This document shows, in pieces, positions 17,969 to 27,580 of a stretch of 36,361 nt of DNA (the stretch's first letter is position 1; each line of letters opens with the position of its first letter). The DNA lies in NCBI GenBank assembly GCA_046715295.1, contig JBKJZM010000259.1, forward strand, positions 1-36,361, read 5' to 3'. The notes below the pieces were generated by a model. That model was not told the DNA's origin. It saw only the letters and a list, made by a program, of their open reading frames with translations, and did no database searches. The stretch is from Gemmatimonadales bacterium. GTDB lineage: Bacteria > Gemmatimonadota > Gemmatimonadetes > Gemmatimonadales > GWC2-71-9. Made by a program: the position numbers and the translations under genes.

Positions 17969-19153
17969 TTATACATGAGGCTCTGCAAGTTCGACGCCCT
18001 TGGTCACGTTGCCCTCACCCCGAGGCAGCGACGCCGAAACGCCCTTCTGCTTCAGCAGCTCTTCGAATAGCCCTATCCAGCGATTCGCCATGGCTCGCAT
18101 GCCGTACTGGGCCGCGATGTGGTCCCGTCCATGGCGCCCCATTTGCTCTTGCTCCTCGCGCGAGCGCGCCATGAGCTCCCGCATGGCCTGGGACAGTGCG
18201 GCCGAGTCCCGGGGTGGCGCCAGAAATCCGCTCTGACCCGACTCCACCAGCTCCGGCACCCCTCCGACCCGGGTGGCGACAACCGGGACGGCCGCGGCGA
18301 GAGCCTCCATAACTACGTTGGGCATACCTTCCCATGCTGAAGACAGCACGAACCCATCGGCGGCGCTCAGAAGCGCCGGAATGTCGTGGCGGACTCCGAG
18401 AAACTTCACCTGTGAGGCGATGCCCAGTTGCTGGGTCCTCAGTCTCAACTCATCCAGGAGCGGCCCCCGCCCCGCGATGGCCAGGTAGGCGGGCGCCGTG
18501 GCGAGGGGCTGAAATGCCTCCAGCATCGTAGGATAGTCTTTCTGATCCCACAGCCGCCCCACGGCGAGCCACAGGAAGTCCCGGGGCGAGAGACCGAGAT
18601 CTTTCCGAATTCGCTCGCGGTCCTGCGCGGAGCTGGTCAGCGATGCGGTCTCGACGCCGTTGGGAATTACCCGAGACTTACCACCCGGCAGCAACCGGCG
18701 CCTCCTCAGTGACTCGGCCACCTGCTCGGAGTTCGTGGTGCAGCAGTCGTCCATCCAGTTGGTCAGCCGCATCAGCCAGTCACGGGCGGCACTCCCATTC
18801 TGCTCGCTGCGAATGGACGTCACGATGAGCGGCACTCCCGCGAATCTGCCCGCCAGACGTCCCAGGAGATTGGCGTGATACATGAAGCTCGTCAGCAGGT
18901 GTGGCTGCCAGTCCCGCAAGACGGCGACGAAGCGCTGGAAGGAACGCCAATCTGCCTGCCCACGCTGCATGTCGAGGCTGATGACAGGCAAGCCTTCGAT
19001 CACGGCCTGCCGCCCCATCTCCTCGAGCGGGGTCATGGAAACTAAGCGGACCTCGAAATCGTTGGCGAGGAGCGCGCGTGCCAGGTACAGGATTTGACGG
19101 TCGGCGCCGCCCATGCCCAAACTCGTCGACAACAGCAGGACTCTCCGGGTCAT
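17969..19153 (-). CDS. Family 4 (GT-B, Glycos_transf_1) glycosyltransferase
   Basis: The N-terminus is VLLLSTSLGMGGADRQ. The C-terminal region SSAWEGMPNVVMEALAAAVPVVATRVGGVPELV is an EX7E-type motif. The ATG overlaps the upstream stop (ATGA 19150-19153). Confidence 0.85.
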   Translation of the reverse strand: MTRRVLLLSTSLGMGGADRQILYLARALLANDFEVRLVSMTPLEEMGRQAVIEGLPVISLDMQRGQADWRSFQRFVAVLRDWQPHLLTSFMYHANLLGRLAGRFAGVPLIVTSIRSEQNGSAARDWLMRLTNWMDDCCTTNSEQVAESLRRRRLLPGGKSRVIPNGVETASLTSSAQDRERIRKDLGLSPRDFLWLAVGRLWDQKDYPTMLEAFQPLATAPAYLAIAGRGPLLDELRLRTQQLGIASQVKFLGVRHDIPALLSAADGFVLSSAWEGMPNVVMEALAAAVPVVATRVGGVPELVESGQSGFLAPPRDSAALSQAMRELMARSREEQEQMGRHGRDHIAAQYGMRAMANRWIGLFEELLKQKGVSASLPRGEGNVTKGVELAEPHV

Positions 19154-20250
19154 CCGGCGCTCTCGACCAGACTGAGATATTGATTGACGGCCGTGCTCCT
19201 GGTGAAGGGCGCCAGATCCTGCAAGGGAACGGCTCCGGCGGGCTGCTCCAGCGACCTCAATATGGCCTCGCCGAGCGCGGCCGAATCGCCCACCGGGACC
19301 AGCGCCCCGAGCCGACCGTCCTGGAGAATCTCCCGGGGCCCGCTGGGGCAGTCGGTGGAGACCACCGAGGCCCCGGCTGCCAGAGCCTCGATGAGCACTG
19401 TCGGCAGCCCCTCTCTCATCGACGAGAGAACAAACACGGCGGACCGTGCCATGTACGCCAGCGCGTTGTCCCGGAAGCCGGGCAGGTCGACATCCTCCGT
19501 AAGACCGAGCTCAGCGATCAAGGATGTCAGGGCCGGCCGCTCCTCTCCGTCACCCAGGATCAGGAGTCGTGCGGCGCGGCGCTTCCGTACGACCGCAAAG
19601 GCCCGGATGAGGTTGGGAAAGTCCTTGGCCCTGGTCAGGCGCCCAACGCCCAGGATCACCGGCGGCTGACCGGGCGCAAGCCAGGGGTGATCGACAGGCT
19701 GCTGCGCCTGGGCCAGGAGGCTGTCGCTGATCACGGGATTATAGATCACCCGCACCTTGGCGAGCGGAAATCCGGTGGCGGTACTCAGGCCGCGGGCGAC
19801 CCCGTGCGACACCGCCACGACCTGATCGGCCCACGGATAAAAGGTCCGGATCAGCAGTGGGAGCATCCGGCTGCGCGCGTTGGGGGAATTGCCCGTGGTC
19901 TGGGTCAGGTTCGTGTGCACCGTACAGATCACTCGCACCCCGGTTCCGCCTAATCGCCGGGCCCACAGGGCGATGACGCCCGCGTGGTCCATAAAAGTGA
20001 TGATCGCCGCCGGACGCTCTCGGCGGAGATACGCCACCAGCGCCGGCAGGCTCGAGATGACCCGGGACGCGTCGAGGTCGATCAGGCGCACCCCCTCAGG
20101 AATCTGCCGCTTGAACTCGCCTCGGCCGCTTGCCGCAACCAGATCGGTGGGAACACCGAGAGCGGCAAAGCCCTCTGCAAGATTGATGGCTACCCGTTCG
20201 GCCCCACCATAACAAAGCGACGGCACAAAGAAAGCCACACGCCCCGTCAT
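19150..20250 (-). CDS. Family 4 (GT-B, Glycos_transf_1) glycosyltransferase
   Basis: VAFFVPSLCYGGAERV and SSMREGLPTVLIEALAAGASVVSTD are present. The ATG overlaps the wzx stop (ATGA 20247-20250). Confidence 0.85.
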   Translation of the reverse strand: MTGRVAFFVPSLCYGGAERVAINLAEGFAALGVPTDLVAASGRGEFKRQIPEGVRLIDLDASRVISSLPALVAYLRRERPAAIITFMDHAGVIALWARRLGGTGVRVICTVHTNLTQTTGNSPNARSRMLPLLIRTFYPWADQVVAVSHGVARGLSTATGFPLAKVRVIYNPVISDSLLAQAQQPVDHPWLAPGQPPVILGVGRLTRAKDFPNLIRAFAVVRKRRAARLLILGDGEERPALTSLIAELGLTEDVDLPGFRDNALAYMARSAVFVLSSMREGLPTVLIEALAAGASVVSTDCPSGPREILQDGRLGALVPVGDSAALGEAILRSLEQPAGAVPLQDLAPFTRSTAVNQYLSLVESAG

Positions 20251-21743
20251 GCCGAACCCCTGACCGGGGTTGGGCGGATCCGGCCGCGCAGGTGCGCACG
20301 AAGCGTGTCACGCATCCGCATGCCGTATTCCCCGAGCGTGGACTTGGGCGCCAGCCACCCGGCGAGGAACCCGGCCACACCGGCCGCAGCCGACGCCGCC
20401 AGCAGCCGGCCGAGAGGAGGGAATCCGAGGTGACGAGTCCACGCCACGACCGCGGATGCGGCACCCGCCACGCACAACGTCAGCCAGATTGCCGGCACCT
20501 GCACCCGGAGAAATTGCAACCAGCTGATCTGACCCACACTCAAGCTGAGCTGTGCCATCAGCAGGTAGTTGATGAAGAGCGCCAGAAGCACTCCTACAGC
20601 CACCCCGGTTACCCCCCAGAAATGTCCCACCCATGCGCCGAGGAAGACCAACCCGGCGTACAGCGCCTGACGCCATGCACGCCGGTACACTCTCCCAGTG
20701 GCTCGGGAGAGCGAGTCGCTCATTCGGTAGCTGGTGCGGAACATCATGCCCACGGCCAGCACCTGAAAGGGCGGTACCAGTGCCACCCACTTACCGCCCA
20801 GGGCGACGGCTACGAGCTCGGGTGCCAGCACCGCGGCCACGATGCCGGCTGGCAGCGTTACCAGGGCGACAAAGGCGGTGCCCTGGAGGTATGCCGAGGC
20901 TAGGCGGCGTGGGTCGTCCTGCACCCGCGACATGGTGGGAAAGAGCACCCGATCGAGGACGTCGCCGAGCAGCGCGGTGGGCACCGCCATGAGCTGGTAG
21001 GCGCGGCTGTAGAGACCCAGCGCCACCGGCCCGAGAAAGCGCCCCACAATCAGGTTGTCGGCCTGGTTGGCCAGGAACACGCCGATACGACCCGCGCTCT
21101 GCCCTACCCCGTAGTCCATGAGTTCCCGAAAAGCCGCCCACGTAGGCTGGGGCCGGAACTTCGGGGGCTCCGCCCAGAGCAGGATGGCTGCCCGCAGCAC
21201 CGACTGAACGAGGTGCGCCGCAACCAGGGACCACATGCCCCATCCGAGGAGCGCGAGCCCGATGCCGAGCCCGAAGCCCAGGCCGTACGTCACCACATCC
21301 ACATTGGCGAGGAGCCTGAACCGCAGCTCCCGCTGGAGGAGACTCTCCGCGACTGCCGAGAATCCAACGATGGGGAATGTCAGCGCCAGCACCCGGACGA
21401 CGGGCGCCAGGTTCTCCATCCGAAAGAACTGAGCGATGAGCGGTGCCGCGAGCCAGATGAGCCCACCGGCGATGAACCCGAAACCGCTGGAGGCGAGGAA
21501 CGCGGTGCTGACGTGGTGCGGCTGAAGCTGGGGCCGCTGCACCAGCGCGGGACCCAGCCCCAGCTGCGAGAAAGTCATGGCGAACACAATGACGATCAGG
21601 GCGGCGCTGACGACACCGAAATCGGCCGGCGACAAGAGTCGGGTGAGGAGCACCAGCACCGCGACCTTGAGAACGGCCATCACCCCGCTCCCCCACGCGA
21701 CCCACGCCATGCCACCGAGCGTGCGTTGCGTCAGGCTCTGCAT
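20247..21743 (-). CDS. wzx: Polysaccharide flippase (MOP/Wzx family)
   Basis: About 498 aa with roughly 12-14 TM segments. The N-terminus SLTQRTLGGMAWVAWGSGVMAVLKVAVLVLLTRLLSPADFG is typical of Polysacc_synt flippases. ATG 21743 sits 1 nt after the sulfotransferase stop. An alternative ATG lies at 21761. Confidence 0.8.
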   Translation of the reverse strand: MQSLTQRTLGGMAWVAWGSGVMAVLKVAVLVLLTRLLSPADFGVVSAALIVIVFAMTFSQLGLGPALVQRPQLQPHHVSTAFLASSGFGFIAGGLIWLAAPLIAQFFRMENLAPVVRVLALTFPIVGFSAVAESLLQRELRFRLLANVDVVTYGLGFGLGIGLALLGWGMWSLVAAHLVQSVLRAAILLWAEPPKFRPQPTWAAFRELMDYGVGQSAGRIGVFLANQADNLIVGRFLGPVALGLYSRAYQLMAVPTALLGDVLDRVLFPTMSRVQDDPRRLASAYLQGTAFVALVTLPAGIVAAVLAPELVAVALGGKWVALVPPFQVLAVGMMFRTSYRMSDSLSRATGRVYRRAWRQALYAGLVFLGAWVGHFWGVTGVAVGVLLALFINYLLMAQLSLSVGQISWLQFLRVQVPAIWLTLCVAGAASAVVAWTRHLGFPPLGRLLAASAAAGVAGFLAGWLAPKSTLGEYGMRMRDTLRAHLRGRIRPTPVRGSA

Positions 21744-21744
21744 C

Positions 21745-22620
21745 TTAGAGCCACTGGGCAAGGCTTCGTCCGATGAGCGTGGACGTCAGGGCGATATCGT
21801 CGCGGAAGCTGTCATTGAGCTGTTGCCGCAGCGCGTCGGGCAGAGGAGGAGCCGGACGCATGTTCCGGGTGCGGAGCCGCCGGACCCAGTTCGCCGCCCG
21901 GGTCGGGATCCAGGGCTTGAACGTTCGGGCCACGCCCGCGCTGGTCATCAAGCGCTCGAGCATCATGTTCCCCGGCATCCCACCCACGTTGTGCGGGGTC
22001 TCGAAGTCGGGCGCGAAGGTGGGATCCACGCCCAGGAAGCGATACAGGTCCTGCACCACGCGGAGCGGGTTCTTCCGGAGGTCATCAAACAGAAAGACGT
22101 GGATCCGCTCCCGGGGAAATGCGTCGTAGTAGCGTTTCAGCTGCCCGTGGTATCTGCTGATCTCCATCCAGTGCGAGTCGGGATGTATCCAGGCGGCCGT
22201 GACGGTCAGGTCGGTGCCGGGATCGAGGCGCCGACCTCCGCTGCGGAGGTACATCTGGTAGTCGGAGTACGCCCGATCGGCGGGGTTGCGGAGGCAGCAG
22301 ATGATGCGCGCCTGGGGAATCACGTCCCTGATGCGGCCGGCCGCCTGAGGGCATTCGAGGTAGATCGGCGACGCCTCCCCGATGGCGACCTCATTTCCCG
22401 CGTCGGCGAACAGCTTCTCGTAGTCGGCCAGCGACTGTACCGGGTAACGGTGCACCGCCGGGTTACCGTAAAGATGCCCCCCGTCCGCGTCGAGTCCGAA
22501 GGCGAAGAAGTTGGTCTCCTTCAAGGGGCTCATGAATACCTCGGGATGCTCCTTGAGGTACCAGTACAGCGCCGTAGTGCCGGCCTTGGCCGCGCCGATG
22601 ACGATGAAAGTGGGAAGCAT
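21745..22620 (-). CDS. PAPS-dependent sulfotransferase (Sulfotransfer_1-type, carbohydrate/heparan-sulfate-like motifs)
   Basis: The 5'-PSB loop is FIVIGAAKAGTTAL (PKxGTT type). The 3'-PB motif is CLRNPADRAYSDY (RxPxxRxxS). The protein is 291 aa and soluble. An RBS gaggtg lies 6 nt upstream. Confidence 0.8.
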   Translation of the reverse strand: MLPTFIVIGAAKAGTTALYWYLKEHPEVFMSPLKETNFFAFGLDADGGHLYGNPAVHRYPVQSLADYEKLFADAGNEVAIGEASPIYLECPQAAGRIRDVIPQARIICCLRNPADRAYSDYQMYLRSGGRRLDPGTDLTVTAAWIHPDSHWMEISRYHGQLKRYYDAFPRERIHVFLFDDLRKNPLRVVQDLYRFLGVDPTFAPDFETPHNVGGMPGNMMLERLMTSAGVARTFKPWIPTRAANWVRRLRTRNMRPAPPLPDALRQQLNDSFRDDIALTSTLIGRSLAQWL

Positions 22621-22652
22621 CGAAACACCTCGGGGTGGCCGGGGTCCTCCGC

Positions 22653-23720
22653 TCAGGCGGCACGGATGGATACCTCATGCCACGCGTTGTTGTTGTAACC
22701 CTTCACATTCCAGGTCGCCTTGACTGTCGGCGGCTGGGTCGCGCCAGAGCCGTCGGCTGCTCTTACCGCCAGCGTATGAGGGCCTGGGGCCAGCTCCAGA
22801 TCTGCTTCCCAAAAGGCCCGGGTCCAGACCGCACCGGCATGCAGGATCCGCGCCGGTCCCCAATTCTGTCCGCCATCGATGGACACCTGGACCCCGGTGA
22901 CTGGCCGCCCACCGGAGCCCATGGCCCACCCGCGAACCGGCACCCGGCCCGCCTGAACCACTTGGTCCGGCGCTGGCTCTACGATGACGGCGTTGAGGGG
23001 AACCTCGCTCAGGGCGGCCCCGCGTGAGACGTCGCGTGGATCGTGGGGGTTGATCTCCCGCTGTACCCGATAGGCGCTGCTCTGAAAATAGTTCGGGGAG
23101 GGCTCCTCCAATAGCGTGACCCTGCCCAGCCATTTCACGCTTCGCGCGCCGATCCACCCCGGCACAACCGCTCGCAGGGGAAAGCCGTGCACCGGCGGGA
23201 GCGACTTTCCATTCAGTTCGTCCGCCAGCACCACCTCGGCACTCAACGCCTTGGCCAGGTCGATGGAGCCACCAAAGCCAAACGTCCGCCCATGGCGCTC
23301 CACCTGATCCAAGCCGAGGAACTCGACGTACCGAGCTCGCTCCCCCACTCCTACCGCCTGGAGCAGGTCGCTCAGCCCCAGGCCGGTCCAGTGGCCGGTG
23401 CTGGCAGGCTCAGGGCCCCAAGGCAGCTCGCCAGGGAGAGGGCCCAGGCGCAGAAACTCGTTGCGGCGCAGTCCGGCACACACCAGCGTGGCCGTCACGT
23501 GGCGCCGGGGAAAGGTGCGGGTAAGCTCCTCGAGTGAGAAGCTCGTCGGCCGGTTCACCAGGCCGTCCACTTCCAGCCTGAAGGTGCCCGGATCGATCCG
23601 GGGTATTGCCGCGTGACTGCGGGTAAAGAAGAGGTCGACCGGGGTGACCGGATGGTCGCACCGCACCGGCCAGACGCCGGTGTTCAGGCCATCGGGATCA
23701 TGGACTAACCGAGAACCCAC
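22653..23720 (-). CDS. Sulfite oxidase-family molybdopterin enzyme (Mo domain + dimerisation domain), no signal peptide or heme domain
   Basis: The Mo-ligand Cys motif is ATLVCAGLRRNE. LPPVHGFPLRAVVPGWIGARSVKWL is also present. The C-terminal Ig-like dimerisation domain reads VQVSIDGGQNW...AVRAADGSG. The start is GTG, and there is no twin-arginine or Sec-like N-terminus. Confidence 0.75.
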   Translation of the reverse strand: MGSRLVHDPDGLNTGVWPVRCDHPVTPVDLFFTRSHAAIPRIDPGTFRLEVDGLVNRPTSFSLEELTRTFPRRHVTATLVCAGLRRNEFLRLGPLPGELPWGPEPASTGHWTGLGLSDLLQAVGVGERARYVEFLGLDQVERHGRTFGFGGSIDLAKALSAEVVLADELNGKSLPPVHGFPLRAVVPGWIGARSVKWLGRVTLLEEPSPNYFQSSAYRVQREINPHDPRDVSRGAALSEVPLNAVIVEPAPDQVVQAGRVPVRGWAMGSGGRPVTGVQVSIDGGQNWGPARILHAGAVWTRAFWEADLELAPGPHTLAVRAADGSGATQPPTVKATWNVKGYNNNAWHEVSIRAA

Positions 23721-23746
23721 GGTTATACCCCTGACTCGTCGTGCAT

Positions 23747-24811
23747 CTAGGAGGGCTGGGCGAACACCCGGACGCTCGTCGGTGACACGAACACACGCTG
23801 GCCCTTGCTGATTCCCAGCCGCTCGTACAGTGCCCGGGGAATGTGGGCCTCGAGCGTCGCTCCGTCCTGAATCCGACTCAGCTCGAGGCGGACGACGGGG
23901 CCGAACGCACGCACATGCTGGACCGTTGCCTCGATGCTGGAGGGCCCGGAGGACGAAGGCGAGAGCTCAACATCGTATGTCCGCACGTACGCCACCGCCG
24001 CCTGGTCGTGCGCCTCGGCCCATTCCGGGGCCTCCAGTTCGTTGCCACCGATACTCACGCGACCTCGGTCGAGGCGTCCGTGGAACAGGTTGACGTCTCC
24101 CAGGAAGCCGTAGACAAAGGGCGTGGCGGGCCGCTCGTAGACCTCCTCCGGCGTGCCACTCTGCTCGATCCGGCCCTCGTTCATGATCACCACCCGATCA
24201 GACACCTCCAATGCCTCTTCCTGATCGTGGGTGACAAAGAGGCTGGTCACGTGAACCTCCTCGTGCAGCCGCCGCAGCCAGCGCCGGAGCTCCTTCCTGA
24301 CCTTGGCGTCGAGTGCCCCGAAGGGCTCGTCCAGCAACAGCACCTTGGGCTTCACCGCCAGGGCACGCGCCAGCGCGACCCGCTGGCGCTGGCCGCCGGA
24401 AAGCTCGGAGGGACGGCGTTCCGCTAGCACATCCAACTGTACCAGGTGGAGGAGGCCCATGACCTGCTCCCGGATCTCCGCCTCGGAGGGCCGGACCCGC
24501 CGGGGCCGGACCCGCAGACCGAAGGCGACGTTCTCGAAGACGCTCATGTGCCGGAACAGGGCGTAGTGCTGAAACACGAAGCCCACCTGGCGCTCCCGCA
24601 CCGGCTGGTCGGTGGTATCCTCGCCATGAAAGTGGATGGTGCCCTTATCGGCCGGCTCCAGCCCGGCGATGATGCGGAGTAAGGTCGTCTTCCCCGACCC
24701 GGATGGACCCAGCAGCGCCACCAGCTCGCCGCCCGGAACGTCGAGGCTCACGTTGTCCAGGGCCACGAAGTTGCCGAAGGTTTTCCGGAGATTACGCACC
24801 TCGATGCTCAT
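23747..24811 (-). CDS. cysA: Sulfate/thiosulfate ABC transporter ATP-binding protein
   Basis: The start is [15 protein letters not shown]. Walker A is GPSGSGKTT, the signature LSGGQRQR, Walker B LLLDEPF. A CysA-type C-terminal regulatory domain is present. ATG 24811 overlaps the cysW stop (ATGA). The 108-codon upstream ORF extension is rejected. Confidence 0.85.
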   Translation of the reverse strand: MSIEVRNLRKTFGNFVALDNVSLDVPGGELVALLGPSGSGKTTLLRIIAGLEPADKGTIHFHGEDTTDQPVRERQVGFVFQHYALFRHMSVFENVAFGLRVRPRRVRPSEAEIREQVMGLLHLVQLDVLAERRPSELSGGQRQRVALARALAVKPKVLLLDEPFGALDAKVRKELRRWLRRLHEEVHVTSLFVTHDQEEALEVSDRVVIMNEGRIEQSGTPEEVYERPATPFVYGFLGDVNLFHGRLDRGRVSIGGNELEAPEWAEAHDQAAVAYVRTYDVELSPSSSGPSSIEATVQHVRAFGPVVRLELSRIQDGATLEAHIPRALYERLGISKGQRVFVSPTSVRVFAQPS

Positions 24812-25722
24812 GCCGCGATCCTTTCGGGAGTGCTCTCGGCGGTGGCGGCCCGCGCCACAGCACGGCGCTGCTGCCACTCGACCAGGGTCTTGAGGGCCAG
24901 GGTGACGAGCGCAAGCAGGGTAAGGACGGACGCAACCGCAAAGCTCGCGGCGAACGCGTACTCGTTGTAGAGAATCTCGACGTGAAGCGGAAGCGTGTTG
25001 GTCTCTCCTCGAATGTGGCCGGAGACAACCGACACCGCACCGAACTCCCCCATTGCCCGGGCATTGCAAAGAATGAGCCCGTAAAGCAGCCCCCACTTGA
25101 TGTTGGGCAAGGTGACGCGGAAGAAGGTCTGCCATCCCCCGGCTCCGAGGACTATCGCCGCTTCCTCCTCTTCCGATCCCTGCTCCTGCATGAGCGGGAT
25201 CAGCTCTCGAGCCACGAACGGAGCCGTGACGAAGGTGGTGGCGAGCACGATGCCCGGCACCGCAAAGATGATCTTGACATCATGCTCCGAGAGCCAGGGC
25301 CCGAACCAGCCCTGCGCCCCGAAGAGCAGGACGAAGATCATTCCGGAAATCACCGGCGACACCGCGAACGGCAGGTCGATCAGGGTGATCAGCAGGTGCT
25401 TGCCGCGGAACTCGAACTTGGCGATGCACCAGGCGGCGGCCACGCCGAAAATCAAGTTCACCGGCACCGCAATCGATGCAACCAGCAGGGTGAGCTTGGC
25501 CGCGCTCAGCGCGTCCGGCTCTGCAATCGCCTTCCAGTACGTCGGTAGGCCCTTCGCAAACGCCTGCACGAACACCAGCACCATCGGAAGAACCAGTACC
25601 AGGGCCAGAAAGCCCAGGGCAATGCCAATGAGCGTCCAGCGCACCAGCCGGGACTCCCCGGTGGCGCGGGTGACCGCACGCGGCGCGGTGGTTGCGGATC
25701 GGGGAACGGCCGTGGTGGCCAT
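24808..25722 (-). CDS. cysW: Sulfate ABC transporter permease
   Basis: A polytopic permease carrying the EAA-type loop region [23 protein letters not shown]. It is adjacent to cysT and cysA. ATG 25722 lies 2 nt after the cysT stop. Confidence 0.8.
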   Translation of the reverse strand: MATTAVPRSATTAPRAVTRATGESRLVRWTLIGIALGFLALVLVLPMVLVFVQAFAKGLPTYWKAIAEPDALSAAKLTLLVASIAVPVNLIFGVAAAWCIAKFEFRGKHLLITLIDLPFAVSPVISGMIFVLLFGAQGWFGPWLSEHDVKIIFAVPGIVLATTFVTAPFVARELIPLMQEQGSEEEEAAIVLGAGGWQTFFRVTLPNIKWGLLYGLILCNARAMGEFGAVSVVSGHIRGETNTLPLHVEILYNEYAFAASFAVASVLTLLALVTLALKTLVEWQQRRAVARAATAESTPERIAA

Positions 25723-25724
25723 GG

Positions 25725-26552
25725 TCAGGCTGCCGAGCGGCGGCGGCCGGCCCACTGGAGCAGGTTGATGGTGAGCAACAGGGCGAACGAAGCGACCAGC
25801 ATGACCAGAGCCACGGCGGTGGCCCCCGCGTAGTCATACTGCTCCAGTTTGGTGATGATCAGCAGCGGCACGATCTCGGTCTTCATGGGCATGTTGCCGG
25901 AGATGAAGACGACGGAACCGTACTCGCCGATGGCCCGGGCAAAGGCCAGCGCGAAGCCGGTGAGCAAGGCCGGCGCCACCGTCGGGAAAACCACCCGGGT
26001 AAAAGTCTGCCACCGGCGGGCGCCAAGGCTTGCCGCCGCTTCCTCCACCTCGACTTCGAGATCGTCGAGTACCGGTTGAACTGTCCGGACCACAAAGGGC
26101 AGGCCGATAAAGACGAGCGCCACGGTGATCCCAACCCAGGTGTACGATACCTTCAGGCCCAGCGGCTCCAGATAGGACCCGATCCACCCGTTGGGCGCGT
26201 ACAGGGTGGTCAGGGCAATACCGGCAACGGCCGTCGGGAGCGCGATCGGCAGGTCCACCATGGCATCTACCACGCGCCTCCCGGGAAACCGGTAGCGCAC
26301 CAACACCCAGGCCACGAGCAAGCCGAACACGGTGTTGATCAGTGCGGCGACGAACGAGGCTCCGAACGTCACCCGATAGGAAGCCACGACCCGCGGGTCC
26401 GTCACGATCGACCAGAACTGGCTGCCCGAAAGCTCAGCCGTCCTGGTGAACACGGTGGCCAGTGGGAGGAGCACCATGAGGCTCAAGTAGGTGCAGGTGA
26501 TTCCCAGGGAAAGGCCAAATCCTGGAAGTACGCTCCTCGATTTCTGCCGCAT
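25725..26552 (-). CDS. cysT: Sulfate ABC transporter permease
   Basis: 275 aa. [31 protein letters not shown] is a CysT-like N-terminus. The EAA loop is [23 protein letters not shown]. Confidence 0.8.
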   Translation of the reverse strand: MRQKSRSVLPGFGLSLGITCTYLSLMVLLPLATVFTRTAELSGSQFWSIVTDPRVVASYRVTFGASFVAALINTVFGLLVAWVLVRYRFPGRRVVDAMVDLPIALPTAVAGIALTTLYAPNGWIGSYLEPLGLKVSYTWVGITVALVFIGLPFVVRTVQPVLDDLEVEVEEAAASLGARRWQTFTRVVFPTVAPALLTGFALAFARAIGEYGSVVFISGNMPMKTEIVPLLIITKLEQYDYAGATAVALVMLVASFALLLTINLLQWAGRRRSAA

Positions 26553-26555
26553 CGT

Positions 26556-27566
26556 CTATCGTCCCGGCTGATAGATCTGATCGAACAGGGCACCGTCAGC
26601 AAAGTGCGTGGCATGTGCCTTCTTCCACCCGCCAAACACCTCGTTTACCGTGACCAGCGTCATTTTGGGGAACTGGGCATCGTACTTCGACGCCACCGCT
26701 GCGAGCCGCGGACGATAGAAGTGCCGTGCCGCGATCTCCTGCCCGGCATCGGTGTACAGGTATTCCAGGTAGGCCTGAGCCACCTGCCTGGTGCCGTGCT
26801 TACCCGCAGTCCTGTCTACCACGGCAACCGGTGGCTCTGCCAGAATGCTGATCGAGGGGGCGACGACTTCGAACTTGCCCGGGCCCAGCTCCTTGATCGC
26901 GAGCAGCGCCTCGTTCTCCCACGCAATGAGGACGTCTCCTATGCCCCGCTCCACGAAGGTGGTGGTGGACCCCCGGGCGCCGGCATCGAGCACCGGAACG
27001 TTCTTGAACAACTTCCTGACGAACTCCCCGGCCTTGGCATCATTGCCACCCGGCTGACGCAAGGCCCAGGCCCAGGCAGCGAGGTAATTCCACCGGGCGC
27101 CCCCGGAGGTCTTGGGGTTCGGGGTGATCACCGATACGCCCGGCTTGGCCAGATCTCCCCAGTCGCGGATCCCCTTCGGGTTTCCCTTGCGGACCAGTAA
27201 CACAATCGACGAGGTGTAAGGCGAGCTGTTGTTCGGCAGGCGGCTCTGCCAGTCGGCCGGCAGTGCCCTGCCCTTGTCCGCGATCTGATCGATGTCGTAC
27301 GCCAGTGCCAGGGTTACGACGTCCGCCTCCAGGCCATCGATCACCGATCGGGCCTGTTTACCTGAGCCACCGTGCGATTGGCGGATCTTCACGTCCTGCC
27401 CGGTCTTGCCTTTCCAGTATGCCGCGAACCGCTGATTGAAGTCTTCGTATAACTCACGCGTCGGATCATACGACACGTTCAGGAGCGTCACCGGCTTCTG
27501 CGAGATCTGCCCCACAAGCGGTACCGCGGCACCTGGCAGGAGCAGTGTAAGTGCAAGCGTCTTCAT
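26556..27566 (-). CDS. sbp: Periplasmic sulfate-binding protein
   Basis: A signal peptide is followed by [17 protein letters not shown]...[28 protein letters not shown], which closely parallels E. coli Sbp/CysP. Confidence 0.85.
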   Translation of the reverse strand: MKTLALTLLLPGAAVPLVGQISQKPVTLLNVSYDPTRELYEDFNQRFAAYWKGKTGQDVKIRQSHGGSGKQARSVIDGLEADVVTLALAYDIDQIADKGRALPADWQSRLPNNSSPYTSSIVLLVRKGNPKGIRDWGDLAKPGVSVITPNPKTSGGARWNYLAAWAWALRQPGGNDAKAGEFVRKLFKNVPVLDAGARGSTTTFVERGIGDVLIAWENEALLAIKELGPGKFEVVAPSISILAEPPVAVVDRTAGKHGTRQVAQAYLEYLYTDAGQEIAARHFYRPRLAAVASKYDAQFPKMTLVTVNEVFGGWKKAHATHFADGALFDQIYQPGR

Positions 27567-27580
27567 GACAGCATTTCCCT

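Noticed and set aside
24812-25135. Long N-terminal ORF extensions upstream of conserved starts: cysA to 25135, cysN to 33757, porin to 29122, rrf2 to 29709, cysD to 30520, cysW to 25755, GT2 to 16743 and OMP to 5404.
   Set aside because: The extensions overlap the preceding gene or intergenic DNA and lack homology to the families. Internal ATGs with RBS-like sequences, or ATGA/TGAnnATG coupling, coincide with the canonical family N-termini (for example [24 protein letters not shown] and MLSKKAKYAIK).
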